Shown: positions 6,429 through 15,920 of the stretch, piece by piece
Layout: each line of letters opens with the position of its first letter
How positions within the stretch are numbered: position 1 is the first letter of the stretch
Source of the DNA: a virus
Lineage: Duplodnaviria > Heunggongvirae > Uroviricota > Caudoviricetes
Direction: 5' to 3' (one strand)
Virus record (IMG/VR): IMGVR_UViG_2534681662_000010
Length of the DNA stretch: 19,333 nucleotides
Translations under genes and position numbers: made by a program
The notes under the pieces: generated by a model
Seen by the model: only the letters and a program-made list of their open reading frames with translations
Database searches by the model: none
What the model was told of the DNA's origin: nothing

Positions 6429-6923
6429 ATGGATCGAGAGTTAAAAAATCTGACGCTGAATATCAGTCAACTGGCGGCACTGTCAGGTGTACATCGCCAG
6501 ACTGCTGCGGCAAGGCTGCAAAATCTACCCGTTGCAGGGGGGCATGAAAGCAACCTCAAGCTTTATCGGGTGGTTGATATTGTGTCGGCATTTCTGGCAT
6601 TGCCACCGCCGGTTGCAGAAGGCGAAATGGACGCGCATGAGCGCAAAGCCTGGTATCAGTCTGAACGTGAGCGTCTTAAGTTCGAACAGGAAACGGCACA
6701 ACTCATTCCGGCCAGTGATGTCAGACGGGAGTTTGCCATCTGGGCAAAAGCGGTCGTGCAGGTGCTGGAGACATTACCGGATATTCTGGAACGTGACTGC
6801 GGTCTGCAGCCTGCCGCTGTGAGCCGTGTTCAGTCCATTATTGATGATCTGCGCGATCAGATAGCCCTGCGGGTGACTGAAGCAGGTGCGGATGATGAGG
6901 AGGAATTACAGCAGGAGGAGTAA
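6429..6923 (+). CDS. Terminase small subunit (Nu1-like, N-terminal HTH)
   Basis: Immediately downstream of cos, with its stop overlapping the large terminase start (TAATG). N-terminal ISQLAALSGVHRQTAAARL helix-turn-helix and an acidic C-terminus. Confidence 0.8.
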   Translation: MDRELKNLTLNISQLAALSGVHRQTAAARLQNLPVAGGHESNLKLYRVVDIVSAFLALPPPVAEGEMDAHERKAWYQSERERLKFEQETAQLIPASDVRREFAIWAKAVVQVLETLPDILERDCGLQPAAVSRVQSIIDDLRDQIALRVTEAGADDEEELQQEE

Positions 6924-9025
6924 TGCTGAATCAGGAAACCGCAAAGGCAGCACGAACCGATTCAGGTTATATCCTTCGCGCACCGAGACGAATGCGGGTT
7001 GCTGATGCCGTTGCTCAGTATATGCGGGTGCCCATGGGGGCAGGGAACTCAGTCCCGTGGGATCCGCTGGTGGCACCGTATGTTATTGAGCCGATGAACT
7101 GCCTGGCCTCGCGTGAATACGACGCAGTGATATTTGTTGGTCCGGCACGAACCGGCAAGACTATCGGCCTGATTGACGGCTGGGTGATTTACAACGTGAT
7201 TTGCGATCCTGCGGATATGCTGATCATTCAGATGACGGAGGAAAAAGCCCGCGAACACTCCAAAAAACGACTTGCCAGAACGTTTCGCGTCAGCCCGGAA
7301 GTGGTCAGTCGCCTGAGTCCGAACAAAAATGACAACAACGTTTATGACAGAACATTCCTTGCTGGCAACTACCTGAAAATCGGCTGGCCGTCAGTCAATA
7401 TCATGTCCTCATCAGATTATAAATGCGTGGCGCTGACGGATTATGACCGTTTTCCGGAAGATATTGATGGCGAGGGGGATGCCTTCTCTCTTGCCTCAAA
7501 ACGTACCACCACATTTATGTCCAGTGGTATGACGCTGGTGGAGAGTTCCCCCGGTAGGGATGTGAAGGATGTGAAATGGCGAAGGACTTCACCGCATGAG
7601 GCTCCACCAACCACGGGGATACTGTCGCTCTATAACCGTGGCGATCGCCGTCGCTGGTACTGGCCCTGTCCACACTGTGGTGAGTATTTTCAGCCCTGCG
7701 GCGATGTGGTTGCTGGTTTCCGTGATATTGCCGATCCCGTGCTGGCAAGTGAGGCGGCTTATATTCAGTGTCCTTCCTGTTCAGGACGGATTATGCCTGA
7801 ACAAAAACGTGAGCTGAACGGACGTGGGGTCTGGTTGCGGGATGGTGAATCCATCAATGCGGATGGCAGTCGTTATGGTGATCCCCGACGCTCACGTATT
7901 GCGTCATTCTGGATGGAGGGGCCGGCAGCTGCTTACCAGACACTCTCGCAACTCGTTTACAAACTGCTTACTGCAGAACAGGAATACGAGACAACCGGAA
8001 GTGAAGAAACACTCAGGGCGGTTATCAATACCGACTGGGGATTACCTTATCTTCCCCGCGCCAGCATGGAGCAACGAAAAAGTGAACTGCTTGAGCAGCG
8101 GGCAGAGCCAGTTCCTTCCCGCAGTGTGCCGGATGGCGTTAATTTTCTTGTGGCGACAGTGGATGTGCAGGCGGGACGTCATCGCCGTTTTGTGGTTCAG
8201 GTAACGGGCTATGGCAGCCGTGGCGAACGCTGGATTATTGATCGTTACAACATCACGCAGTCATTGCGCAGTGACTGCGACGGGGAGAGCCAGCGAATTG
8301 ATCCGGCCAGCTATCCGGAAGACTGGGATGTCCTGCTGACGGATGTTTTTCATAAAAGCTGGCCGCTGGCCTCCGATCCTTCTCAACAAATGCGACTGAT
8401 GGCAATGGCGGTGGACTCCGGCGGTGAAGACGGGGTCACTGATAATGCCTATAAATTCTGGCGTCGTTGCCGTCGTGATGGCCTTGGTAAACGTATTTAC
8501 CTGTTTAAGGGCGACAGCATCCGGCGCGCAAAACTGATCACCCGTACATTCCCTGATAACACCGGACGAACGGGCCGACGGGCGCAGGCCGCAGGTGATG
8601 TGCCGCTCTGGCTTCTTCAGACGGATGCACTGAAAGACCGGGTGAATAACGCGTTATGGCGTGACTCGCCAGGTCCCGGCTATGTGCATTTCCCTGACTG
8701 GCTGGGGAGCTGGTTTTACGACGAACTGACGTATGAAGAGCGGAGCAGTGACGGGAAATGGAGTAAGCCGGGTCGCGGTGCCAACGAAGCTTTTGACCTG
8801 ATGGTGTATGCCGAGGCTCTGGTCATTCTGCATGGATACGAAAAGATCCGCTGGCCGGATGCACCGGAGTGGGCGAGCCGGGAAACCTGGCTGGAGTGTG
8901 TCCCGGACAGTACCGAACCGTCACCCTCACCGGAACCGGTACCCACGCCTGTTAAAAAACAAAAACGGAAGAAAACAGTAACTGACGATGTTAACCCCTG
9001 GCTGACTTCCGGAGGATGGTTATGA
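6923..9025 (+). CDS. Terminase large subunit, lambda GpA family
   Basis: 700 aa with Walker A (VGPARTGKT), an internal Cys4 zinc ribbon (CPHCGEYFQPCG...CPSCSG) and a C-terminal nuclease region; synteny with lambda A. Confidence 0.9.
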   Translation: MLNQETAKAARTDSGYILRAPRRMRVADAVAQYMRVPMGAGNSVPWDPLVAPYVIEPMNCLASREYDAVIFVGPARTGKTIGLIDGWVIYNVICDPADMLIIQMTEEKAREHSKKRLARTFRVSPEVVSRLSPNKNDNNVYDRTFLAGNYLKIGWPSVNIMSSSDYKCVALTDYDRFPEDIDGEGDAFSLASKRTTTFMSSGMTLVESSPGRDVKDVKWRRTSPHEAPPTTGILSLYNRGDRRRWYWPCPHCGEYFQPCGDVVAGFRDIADPVLASEAAYIQCPSCSGRIMPEQKRELNGRGVWLRDGESINADGSRYGDPRRSRIASFWMEGPAAAYQTLSQLVYKLLTAEQEYETTGSEETLRAVINTDWGLPYLPRASMEQRKSELLEQRAEPVPSRSVPDGVNFLVATVDVQAGRHRRFVVQVTGYGSRGERWIIDRYNITQSLRSDCDGESQRIDPASYPEDWDVLLTDVFHKSWPLASDPSQQMRLMAMAVDSGGEDGVTDNAYKFWRRCRRDGLGKRIYLFKGDSIRRAKLITRTFPDNTGRTGRRAQAAGDVPLWLLQTDALKDRVNNALWRDSPGPGYVHFPDWLGSWFYDELTYEERSSDGKWSKPGRGANEAFDLMVYAEALVILHGYEKIRWPDAPEWASRETWLECVPDSTEPSPSPEPVPTPVKKQKRKKTVTDDVNPWLTSGGWL

Positions 9026-9234
9026 ACCAGAATGATATCGAAGCCATGATTCAGCGTTATACGGAAGCTGAAATGGCGGTGCTGGACGGAAAATCCGTCA
9101 CCTTTAATGGTCAGCAGATGACCATGGAAAACTTATCTGAGATCCGGCAGGGGCGGCAGGAGTGGGAGCGCCGCCTTGCGGCTCTGATTACACGACGACG
9201 GGGGCATCCCGGGTACCGGCTGGCGAGGTTCTGA
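9022..9234 (+). CDS. W: Head-tail joining protein, lambda gpW-like
   Basis: 70 aa ending ...RRRGHPGYRLARF, like lambda W (...RRRGPAGFYV). Start ATG 9022 after GGAGG; stop overlaps the portal start (TGATG). The track start at 9016 is also possible. Confidence 0.8.
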   Translation: MNQNDIEAMIQRYTEAEMAVLDGKSVTFNGQQMTMENLSEIRQGRQEWERRLAALITRRRGHPGYRLARF

Positions 9235-10742
9235 TGGCAATTCTTGATGATGTGATTGGCGTTTTTTCACCAAGATGGAAAGCGGCAAGGCTGCGTTCCC
9301 GTGCGGTGATCCAGGCTTATGAGGCCGTAAAAACGACGCGGACACATAAAGCCCGACGGGAGAGCCGAACTGCCGACCAGTTAAGCTAGTACGGGGCCGT
9401 GTCGTTACGTGAGCAGGCCCGTTACCTTGATAACAACCACGATCTGGTCATTGGTGTATTTGACAAGCTGGAAGAACGGGTGGTGGGGAAAAACGGGATT
9501 ATTGTCGAGCCACATCCGGTATTACGCAATGGGGCCATTGCCCGTGATCTGGCAGCGGAGATTCGCACCCGATGGAGTGAATGGTCTGTCAGTCCGGAGG
9601 TCACCGGGCAGTTTACCCGTCCGATGCTGGAACGTCTGATGCTGCGTACCTGGCTGCGCGATGGTGAGGTGTTTGCCCAGATGGTTTCCGGGCGCATAAA
9701 CAGCCTGACGCCTTCTGCCGGTGTTCATTTCTGGCTGGAGGCGCTCGAGCCGGACTTTATTCCCATGACCAGTGATGAGAGCAACAGGCTGAATCAGGGC
9801 GTGTTTGTTGATGACTGGGGGCGTCCCGAAAAATATCTGGTGTATAAAAGCCGTCCCGTATCCGGGCGGCAGATGGAAACCAAAGAAGTGGATGCAGAGC
9901 GAATGCTGCATCTTAAATTTGTTCGCCGTCTGCACCAGATGCGCGGGACGTCTTTGTTGTCCGGTGTGCTGATCCGCCTCAGTGCTCTGAAAGAGTATGA
10001 AGATTCTGAGCTGACTGCAGCAAGGATCGCCGCTGCTCTGGGGATGTACATCCGGAAAGGCGACGGACAGAGCTATGAAACGGATGGTAATGACAGCAAG
10101 GAGAATGAACGCGAGCTTACCATTCAGCCAGGCATTATTTACGACGATCTGAAACCCGGCGAAGAAATCGGAATGGTGAAGTCGGATCGCCCCAATCCTA
10201 ACCTTGAAACTTTTCGTAATGGTCAGTTGCGTGCCGTGGCGGCGGGCAGTCGTCTGAGTTTTTCCAGTACAGCGCGCAACTATAACGGCACTTACAGCGC
10301 CCAGCGTCAGGAGCTGGTTGAATCTACTGATGGCTACCTGATCCTGCAGGACTGGTTTATTGGTGCCGTCACCCGCCCGATGTACCGTGCCTGGCTGAAA
10401 CAGGCTGTGGCATCCGGTGTTATCAGGCTACCCCGCGATCTGGACCGATCTTCACTGTATACCGCGGTGTATTCCGGACCGGTGATGCCGTGGATTGACC
10501 CTGTTAAGGAGGCTGAGGCCTGGAAAATTCAGATTCGTGGTGGAGCGGCGACAGAATCAGACTGGGTACGTGCTGGTGGTCGTAATCCGGATGATGTCAA
10601 ACGTCGGCGCAAGGCCGAAATTGATGAAAACCGCAAGCTGGATCTGGTATTTGATACCGATCCGGCCAGTGATAAAGGAGGCAGCAGTGCCGCAACGAAA
10701 CGACAGGAGCCGCAGCACACCGACGACCAGTCCGAAGAATAA
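9234..10742 (+). pseudogene. Portal protein (lambda gpB / Gifsy preconnector family) interrupted by in-frame TAG at 9387-9389
   Basis: ATG 9234 (MAILDDVIGVFSPRWKAARLRSRAVIQAYEAVKTTRTHKARRESRTADQLS) runs to TAG, then continues in the same frame as YGAVSLREQARYLDNNHD... for a further 450 codons (track ORF 9399..10742). Confidence 0.8.
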
Positions 10743-10755
10743 TTCCTGGTTCAGG

Positions 10756-12714
10756 ATGCAGGCAGGTCACCAGAGTGACGCGGATATTTATATTTATGAC
10801 GAGATTGGTTTCTGGGGTGTTACAGCGAAGCAGTTTATCAGTGATCTGAATGCACTGGGCGATATCACCCACATTAATCTCCATATTAATTCACCGGGTG
10901 GCGATGTCTTTGAAGGCATCGCCATTTTTAATGCGCTGAAAACACATGGTGCGTCCATTACCGTTTATGTCGACGGTGTGGCGGCGTCAATGGCGTCGGT
11001 CATTGCGATGGTGGGAAACCCGGTCATTATGCCGGAAAACACCTTCATGATGATTCATAAACCATTTGGCTTTACGGGCGGTGATGCGGAGGACATGCGC
11101 ACCTATGCCGACCTGCTCGATAAAGTTGAGGCGGTTCTGTTACCCGCTTATGCACAGAAAACCGGGAAAACCACCGATGAAATTGCTGCCATGCTGGCGG
11201 ATGAGACCTGGATGTCCGGTGCCGAATGTCTGGCACATGGATTTGCTGATCAGGTAACGCCAGCCGTTAAGGCAATGGCATGTATTCAGTCAAAACGTAC
11301 AGAGGAATTTAAAAAGATGCCGGAATCCATTCGAAACATGATTACTCCGCCACGCAACAGTGCTCCACGCGTACAGGATGATGAACCTGCAGCCTCCCGG
11401 ACGCCAGTGCAGGCAGCAGCACCCGTGGTGGATGAAAACAGTATCCGTGCGCAGGTCCTGGCAGAGCAAAAAGCGCGTGTAAACGGTATTAATGATCTGT
11501 TTGCCATGTTTGGCGGGCGTTATCAGACGCTGCAGGCCCAGTGTCTTGCCGATCCTGAATGTTCGCTGGAGCAGGCCCGCGAAAAGCTGTTGAACGAGAT
11601 GGGGCGCGAGTCCACGCCATCCAATAAAAATACCCCGGCTCATATTTATGCCGGTAACGGTAATTTTGTGGGGGACGGGATCCGCCAGGCGCTGATGGCG
11701 CGTGCCGGATTTGAAAAAACCGAACGTGATAATGTCTACAACGGGATGACCCTGCGTGAATATGCCCGTATGTCACTGACTGAACGGGGTATTGGGGTTT
11801 CCGGTTATAACCCGATGCAGATGGTCGGTGCGGCGTTCACACACAGTACGTCTGACTTCGGTAATATTCTGCTGGATGTTGCGAACAAAGCCATTCTGCA
11901 GGGCTGGGAAGATGCCCCTGAAACCTATGAACAGTGGACGCGGAAAGGTCAGTTGTCTGATTTTAAAATTGCCCATCGTGTGGGTATGGGGGGCTTCAGT
12001 GCTCTGCGTCAGGTGCGTGAAGGGGCGGAATATAAATACGTCACCACCGGAGATAAACAGGCCACTATTGCACTGGCGACCTATGGCGAGCTGTTCAGTA
12101 TCACCCGTCAGGCCATTATCAATGATGATCTGAATATGCTGACCGATGTCCCGATGAAACTGGGCCGTGCGGCGAAATCCACTATTGCCGATCTGGTTTA
12201 TGCCATTCTGACGTCTAACCCGAAAATCTCCACAGATAATGTAAGTCTGTTCGATAAAGCGAAACATGCAAACGTACTGGAGAGCGCTGCAATGGACGTG
12301 GCATCGCTGGATAAAGCCCGCCAGTTGATGCGCGTTCAGAAAGAGGGGGAGCGTCATCTGAATATTCGTCCTGCGTTCGTACTGGTACCGACGGCGATGG
12401 AGTCTGTTGCTAACCAGGTCATTCGCTCCTCAAGTGTCAAGGGGGCTGACATTAACGCCGGTATTATTAACCCGGTGAAAGATTTTGCGACCGTTATTGC
12501 AGAGCCTCGTCTTGATGATAACAGCCAGACCACCTTCTACCTGGCTGCGTCAAAAGGCTCCGATACGATTGAAGTGGCTTATCTCAACGGTGTGGATACG
12601 CCATATATTGATCAGATGGAGGGCTTCAGTGTGGATGGCGTGACAACGAAAGTGCGTATTGACGCCGGTGTCGCGCCAGTTGATCACCGCGGTCTGGTGA
12701 AATGTACGGCGTAA
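10756..12714 (+). CDS. Fused prohead protease (ClpP/S14-like) and major capsid protein
   Basis: N-terminal part has ClpP-like motifs (INSPGGDVFEGIAIFNALK, ASMASVIAMVG, MIHKP). The C-terminal ~330 aa is capsid-like and is followed by a terminator-like hairpin. Start chosen at ATG 10756 just after the portal stop; the track start 10495 lies inside the portal gene. Confidence 0.8.
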   Translation: MQAGHQSDADIYIYDEIGFWGVTAKQFISDLNALGDITHINLHINSPGGDVFEGIAIFNALKTHGASITVYVDGVAASMASVIAMVGNPVIMPENTFMMIHKPFGFTGGDAEDMRTYADLLDKVEAVLLPAYAQKTGKTTDEIAAMLADETWMSGAECLAHGFADQVTPAVKAMACIQSKRTEEFKKMPESIRNMITPPRNSAPRVQDDEPAASRTPVQAAAPVVDENSIRAQVLAEQKARVNGINDLFAMFGGRYQTLQAQCLADPECSLEQAREKLLNEMGRESTPSNKNTPAHIYAGNGNFVGDGIRQALMARAGFEKTERDNVYNGMTLREYARMSLTERGIGVSGYNPMQMVGAAFTHSTSDFGNILLDVANKAILQGWEDAPETYEQWTRKGQLSDFKIAHRVGMGGFSALRQVREGAEYKYVTTGDKQATIALATYGELFSITRQAIINDDLNMLTDVPMKLGRAAKSTIADLVYAILTSNPKISTDNVSLFDKAKHANVLESAAMDVASLDKARQLMRVQKEGERHLNIRPAFVLVPTAMESVANQVIRSSSVKGADINAGIINPVKDFATVIAEPRLDDNSQTTFYLAASKGSDTIEVAYLNGVDTPYIDQMEGFSVDGVTTKVRIDAGVAPVDHRGLVKCTA

Positions 12715-12738
12715 ACGTCGCAGACAACAACTCTGATG

Positions 12739-12757
12739 GCCCGTAAGGGCTTTTTTT
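12739..12757 (+). terminator. Short GC hairpin (GCCC-GTAA-GGGC) followed by T7, downstream of the capsid gene
   Basis: Seen directly; the stem is only 4-5 bp, so strength is uncertain. Confidence 0.45.
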
Positions 12758-12800
12758 GTACCTGAAATCAGCCCCTGAACGGGGCTGTGCGGAGACAGTT

Positions 12801-13124
12801 ATGGCAAAGAATTTTGTAGAAGAAGGAAAAACGGTGGCGATTGTTGCCAGTGCAGCCATCAGCAGCGGAGATCTGGTGCAGGTGGGTGATGTTTTTGCGG
12901 TGGCGCTGACCGATATTCCACAGGGTGAAACAGGCGACGGCATGACCGAAGGTGTGTTTATGCTGCCTAAGCTGAAAACGGATGACATGAAAACGGGTAA
13001 GAAGGTTTATCTGAAGTCCGGAAAAGTTCAGCTGACTAACAGCGGCTCTGATCCGCTGGTCGGGGTTGTCTGGGCAGATGCCGGAACCAGTGCAGAAGAA
13101 GTGCCGGTAAAACTCAATGTCTGA
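12801..13124 (+). CDS. Small head protein (DUF2190-like; putative head completion or decoration protein)
   Basis: ATG 12801 after GGAGA; 107 aa MAKNFVEEGKTVAIVASAAISSGDLVQVGDVFAVALTDIPQGETGDGMTEGVFMLPK..., lying between the capsid gene and the FII-like gene. Confidence 0.6.
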   Translation: MAKNFVEEGKTVAIVASAAISSGDLVQVGDVFAVALTDIPQGETGDGMTEGVFMLPKLKTDDMKTGKKVYLKSGKVQLTNSGSDPLVGVVWADAGTSAEEVPVKLNV

Positions 13125-13392
13125 TCCCTTTTCCCGGCTGGCAGCGCGTATGGATGCGATCACGGTCAGAAAGATGGGAAAGACAGCCTCGATTAATGAT
13201 GCCGATATGACTGTGATCCCGGGAGAAACACTGGCAGAGCTGAATGCTCTGTCCGGACCTGCGGTCTCTCTGGTGGTGTTTTCTTCGGGATACCGCCCAC
13301 GGCGCGGGGATCGCGTTGTTTATGACGGACAACAATGGACGGTCACACGGCATGAACGTTTTAACGGTAAGCCAATGATCTTTATTGAGTAA
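13117..13392 (+). CDS. Head-tail joining protein, lambda gpFII-like
   Basis: MSDPFSRLAARMDAITVRKMGKTASI...RRGDRVVYDGQQWTVTRHE resembles lambda FII (ADFDNLFDAAIARADETIRGYMGTSATI...RRGDTLTIGEENFWVDRV) and sits directly upstream of Z. Confidence 0.65.
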   Translation: MSDPFSRLAARMDAITVRKMGKTASINDADMTVIPGETLAELNALSGPAVSLVVFSSGYRPRRGDRVVYDGQQWTVTRHERFNGKPMIFIE

Positions 13393-13403
13393 AGAGGTGT
13401 GGG

Positions 13404-13982
13404 ATGAAGGGGCTTGAGAATGCCATCCGTAATCTGAACAGCCTTGATACCCGTATGGTGCCACAGGCCAGCGCATGGGCGATAAACCGTGTGGCACAGA
13501 AAGCGGTCTCGGTCGCCACCCGGCAGGTTGCCGGGAATACCGTTGCGGGAGATAACCAGGTGAAAGGGATCCCCCTGAAACTGGTACGTCAGCGTGTCCG
13601 GGTGTTTAAAGCCAGTCCGTCAGGAAAAATGACGGCCAGGATCCGCGTTAACCGGGGCAATCTGCCCGCTATTAAGCTGGGGACAGCCCGGGTCAGACTG
13701 GCCCGGCGTGGTGGAAAACTGCAGTACCGTGGCAGTGTGCTGAAGGTGGGTAAATATCTTTTCCGGGATGCGTTTATTCAGCAACTGGCGAATGGTCGCT
13801 GGCATGTGATGCGGCGTATTGATGGCAAAAATCGTTACCCCATTGATGTGGTGAAAGTCCCGCTGTCCGGACCGCTGACACAGGCATTTGAAGATGCCCG
13901 CGACCGCATCATTGCTGCGGAAATGCCGAAACAGCTGGGGTATGCACTGAAACAACAACTGAGGTTATGGCTGACCCGATGA
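13404..13982 (+). CDS. Z: Minor tail protein Z (tail completion)
   Basis: MKGLENAIRNLNSL...AINRVAQKA...RIRVNRGNLPAIKLGTARV...FIQQLANGRWHVMRRIDGKNRYPIDVVKVPL is clearly homologous to lambda gpZ. Confidence 0.9.
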   Translation: MKGLENAIRNLNSLDTRMVPQASAWAINRVAQKAVSVATRQVAGNTVAGDNQVKGIPLKLVRQRVRVFKASPSGKMTARIRVNRGNLPAIKLGTARVRLARRGGKLQYRGSVLKVGKYLFRDAFIQQLANGRWHVMRRIDGKNRYPIDVVKVPLSGPLTQAFEDARDRIIAAEMPKQLGYALKQQLRLWLTR

Positions 13983-14380
13983 ACCGACATACACAAATCC
14001 GCCAGGCCGTACTGGCACGCCTTCGGGAACAGTGTGGAGACAGCGCCACGTTTTTTGACGGGCTTCCGGCATTTATTGATGCGCAGGAACTGCCTGCCGT
14101 GGCGGTGTGGCTGAGTGATGCTCAGTACACCGGAAAAATGACGGATGAAGATGACTGGCAGGCTGTTCTGCATATTGCTGTCTTCATCCGGGCACAGGCA
14201 CCGGATTCAGAGCTGGATATGTGGATGGAGAGCACCATTTTCCCGGCTCTGAATGATATACCGGCACTTTCCGGACTCATCGACACCCTGATCCCTCTCG
14301 GTTTTAACTATCAACGTGATAATGAGATGGCCACCTGGGCGATGGCGGAAATCACGTACCAGATCACGTACACGAATTAA
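13967..14380 (+). CDS. U: Minor tail protein U (tail terminator)
   Basis: ...GDSATFFDGLPAFIDAQELPAVAVWLSDAQYTG...WQAVLHIAVFIRAQAPDSELDMWMESTIFPALNDIPALSGLI... matches lambda gpU. The true start may be ATG 13979 (MNRHTQIRQAV), which aligns with the lambda U N-terminus. Confidence 0.9.
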   Translation: MADPMNRHTQIRQAVLARLREQCGDSATFFDGLPAFIDAQELPAVAVWLSDAQYTGKMTDEDDWQAVLHIAVFIRAQAPDSELDMWMESTIFPALNDIPALSGLIDTLIPLGFNYQRDNEMATWAMAEITYQITYTN

Positions 14381-14391
14381 AGGAGGTGGCA

Positions 14392-15135
14392 ATGACCACA
14401 CCAAATCCACTGGCAAAAACGAAAGGTGCGGGAACGACGTTCTGGATGTACACCGGCAAGGGCGATGCGTTTGCGAACCCTTTATCAGACACTGACTGGC
14501 TGCGTCTTGCGATGGTGAAGGATCTGCAACCTGGCGAAATGACCGCTGATGCAGAAGATGACACTTATCTCGATGATGAAGATGCAGACTGGAAAACGAC
14601 AACCCAGGGGCAGAAATCCGTCGGTGATACTTCGGCGACGCTGGCCTGGCGTCCGGGTGACAGCGGGCAGAAAAAACTGGTTCAGTTGTTCGACTCCGGT
14701 GAAGTCTGCGCGTTTCGTATCAAATATCCCAACGGCACTGTTGATGTTTTCCGTGGCTGGCTGAGCTCACTGGGTAAAACCATTGCCTCAAAAGACGTGA
14801 TGACCCGCACAGTGAAAATCAGCGGTGTGGGGCGTCCGTATCTGGCAGAGGAAGGCACTGAAACAGTGAGCGTTACCGGGCTGACGGTGGCACCGGCATC
14901 TGCCAGTGTAAAAGTGGGAGCAACCACCACGCTGACCTTTACAGTAAAACCTGACGGAGCCAGTGACAAAGCGATCAGTGTGCATTCGACAGATCCACAG
15001 ACTGCCACGGTGACCCTGAACGGGCTTGTGGCCACGGTGAAAGGCGTGAAGCAGGGCAGTGTCAGCATTGTGGGCATGACTTCTGACGGCGATTTTGTGG
15101 CAGTGGCTGCGGTGGCTGTCAGCGCCGCAGGTTAA
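14392..15135 (+). CDS. V: Major tail protein V with C-terminal Ig-like (Big_2) domain
   Basis: AGGAGG RBS, then MTTPNPLAKTKGAGTTFWMYTGKGDAFANPLSDTDW...YLDDEDADW...NGTVDVFRGW..., near-collinear with lambda gpV. Confidence 0.9.
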   Translation: MTTPNPLAKTKGAGTTFWMYTGKGDAFANPLSDTDWLRLAMVKDLQPGEMTADAEDDTYLDDEDADWKTTTQGQKSVGDTSATLAWRPGDSGQKKLVQLFDSGEVCAFRIKYPNGTVDVFRGWLSSLGKTIASKDVMTRTVKISGVGRPYLAEEGTETVSVTGLTVAPASASVKVGATTTLTFTVKPDGASDKAISVHSTDPQTATVTLNGLVATVKGVKQGSVSIVGMTSDGDFVAVAAVAVSAAG

Positions 15136-15155
15136 CAGGACGATACTCATCATTT

Positions 15156-15179
15156 GCCCCGGTTATCCGGGGCTTTTTT
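15156..15179 (+). terminator. Hairpin GCCCCGG-TTAT-CCGGGGC plus T6 immediately after V
   Basis: Seen directly: 7-bp GC stem, 4-nt loop, T-run. Likely a partial terminator or attenuator after the abundant tail tube gene. Confidence 0.7.
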
Positions 15180-15192
15180 GCAGGTGGAGAAC

Positions 15193-15582
15193 ATGATGTT
15201 TCTGAAACAGGGCACGTTTAATTATGAAAAGCAGTCCGTGGTGCTCAGTGAGCTGTCCGGGCTGCAGAGAATTGAATATCTGGCGTTTGTTCAGCAGCGA
15301 ACGGCAAAGTTTGATGCCGAAGAGGGAGAACTGCCGGAGGCTGAACGACAGATTGCTTTTCTGCGGATGGGGATGGATATCAATGCCTGGCTGGTTTCCC
15401 GCTCACTGTGGAATGCGGAACAGTCTCAGGATGTTGAGACGCTTTGCGCATCCGTTATTACAACATGGTCGTATGATGCCCTGGGAGCGGGGGCGGAGAT
15501 GGTTCTGTCGCTGAGCGGTATGGGAGCCATTGAGAATGCCGGGGATTTGGAGCATGAGGTGCTGACGCCGGAAAAGTCCTGA
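15193..15582 (+). CDS. G: Tail assembly chaperone G
   Basis: GGTGGAGA RBS, then ATGATG; MMFLKQGTFNYEKQSVVLSELSGLQRIEYLAF resembles the lambda gpG N-terminus. The track start at 15154 lies within the upstream terminator. Confidence 0.85.
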   Translation: MMFLKQGTFNYEKQSVVLSELSGLQRIEYLAFVQQRTAKFDAEEGELPEAERQIAFLRMGMDINAWLVSRSLWNAEQSQDVETLCASVITTWSYDALGAGAEMVLSLSGMGAIENAGDLEHEVLTPEKS

Positions 15583-15920
15583 CGCGGGAAATGCAGTTTG
15601 TCATGCGGCTTGCCCGGGAGTTCCGGCGGGCAGACTGGCGGCGGATGCTGTCGGAAATGTCGGCCACTGAGCTTGGTGAGTGGGGCGATTATTTCCGGAT
15701 GCAGAGCTTCAGTGATGTGTGGATGGATGCGCAGTTTGCCTCGCTGAAGGCATTGATCGTGAGAATGGTGTCCGGTAGCAGTGATGCTGCGGTGGCTGAT
15801 TTCAGCCTTTTACCGGAAGAGAACGGGATACCGGAGCGAACGGACGAAGAACTGATGCATCTTGGGGAAGGTATTTCCGGAGGTGTGCGTTATGGACCAG
15901 ATAGCCAACCTGGTCATTGA
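15193..15920 (+). CDS. T: G-T tail assembly chaperone fusion made by -1 frameshift (T-frame portion 15570-15920)
   Basis: The -1 frame ORF (track 15591..15920) directly follows G and overlaps the tape-measure start, the conserved G/GT architecture of long-tailed phages. Confidence 0.7.
15570..15576 (+). other. Candidate -1 programmed frameshift site for G-T fusion (G GAA AAG)
   Basis: The T frame is closed by TGA at 15555-15557 and the G frame ends at 15580-15582, so the shift must occur within 15558-15579. The only slippery-like element is GGAAAAG, one base different from the lambda GGGAAAG. Confidence 0.55.

Noticed and set aside
6311-6822. Plus-strand ORFs 6311..6547 and 6487..6822
   Set aside because: They overlap the cos/cosB region and the small terminase gene in other frames, with no RBS and Cys/Arg-rich translations.
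2045-9389. Possibility that the two in-frame TAG codons (IS1 insB and portal) reflect amber suppression or recoding
   Set aside because: There are only two instances, both single transitions from plausible sense codons (TGG, CAG), and every other gene uses TAA/TGA/TAG normally; simple nonsense decay is the more economical reading.
7049-12357. Multiple minus-strand and alternate-frame ORFs inside terminase, portal and capsid genes (for example 7049..7258, 7515..7748, 9422..9697, 9522..9935, 10597..10884, 11290..11643, 11773..12357)
   Set aside because: All are embedded antisense or out of frame within long, well-supported phage structural genes; typical shadow ORFs of GC-balanced coding DNA.
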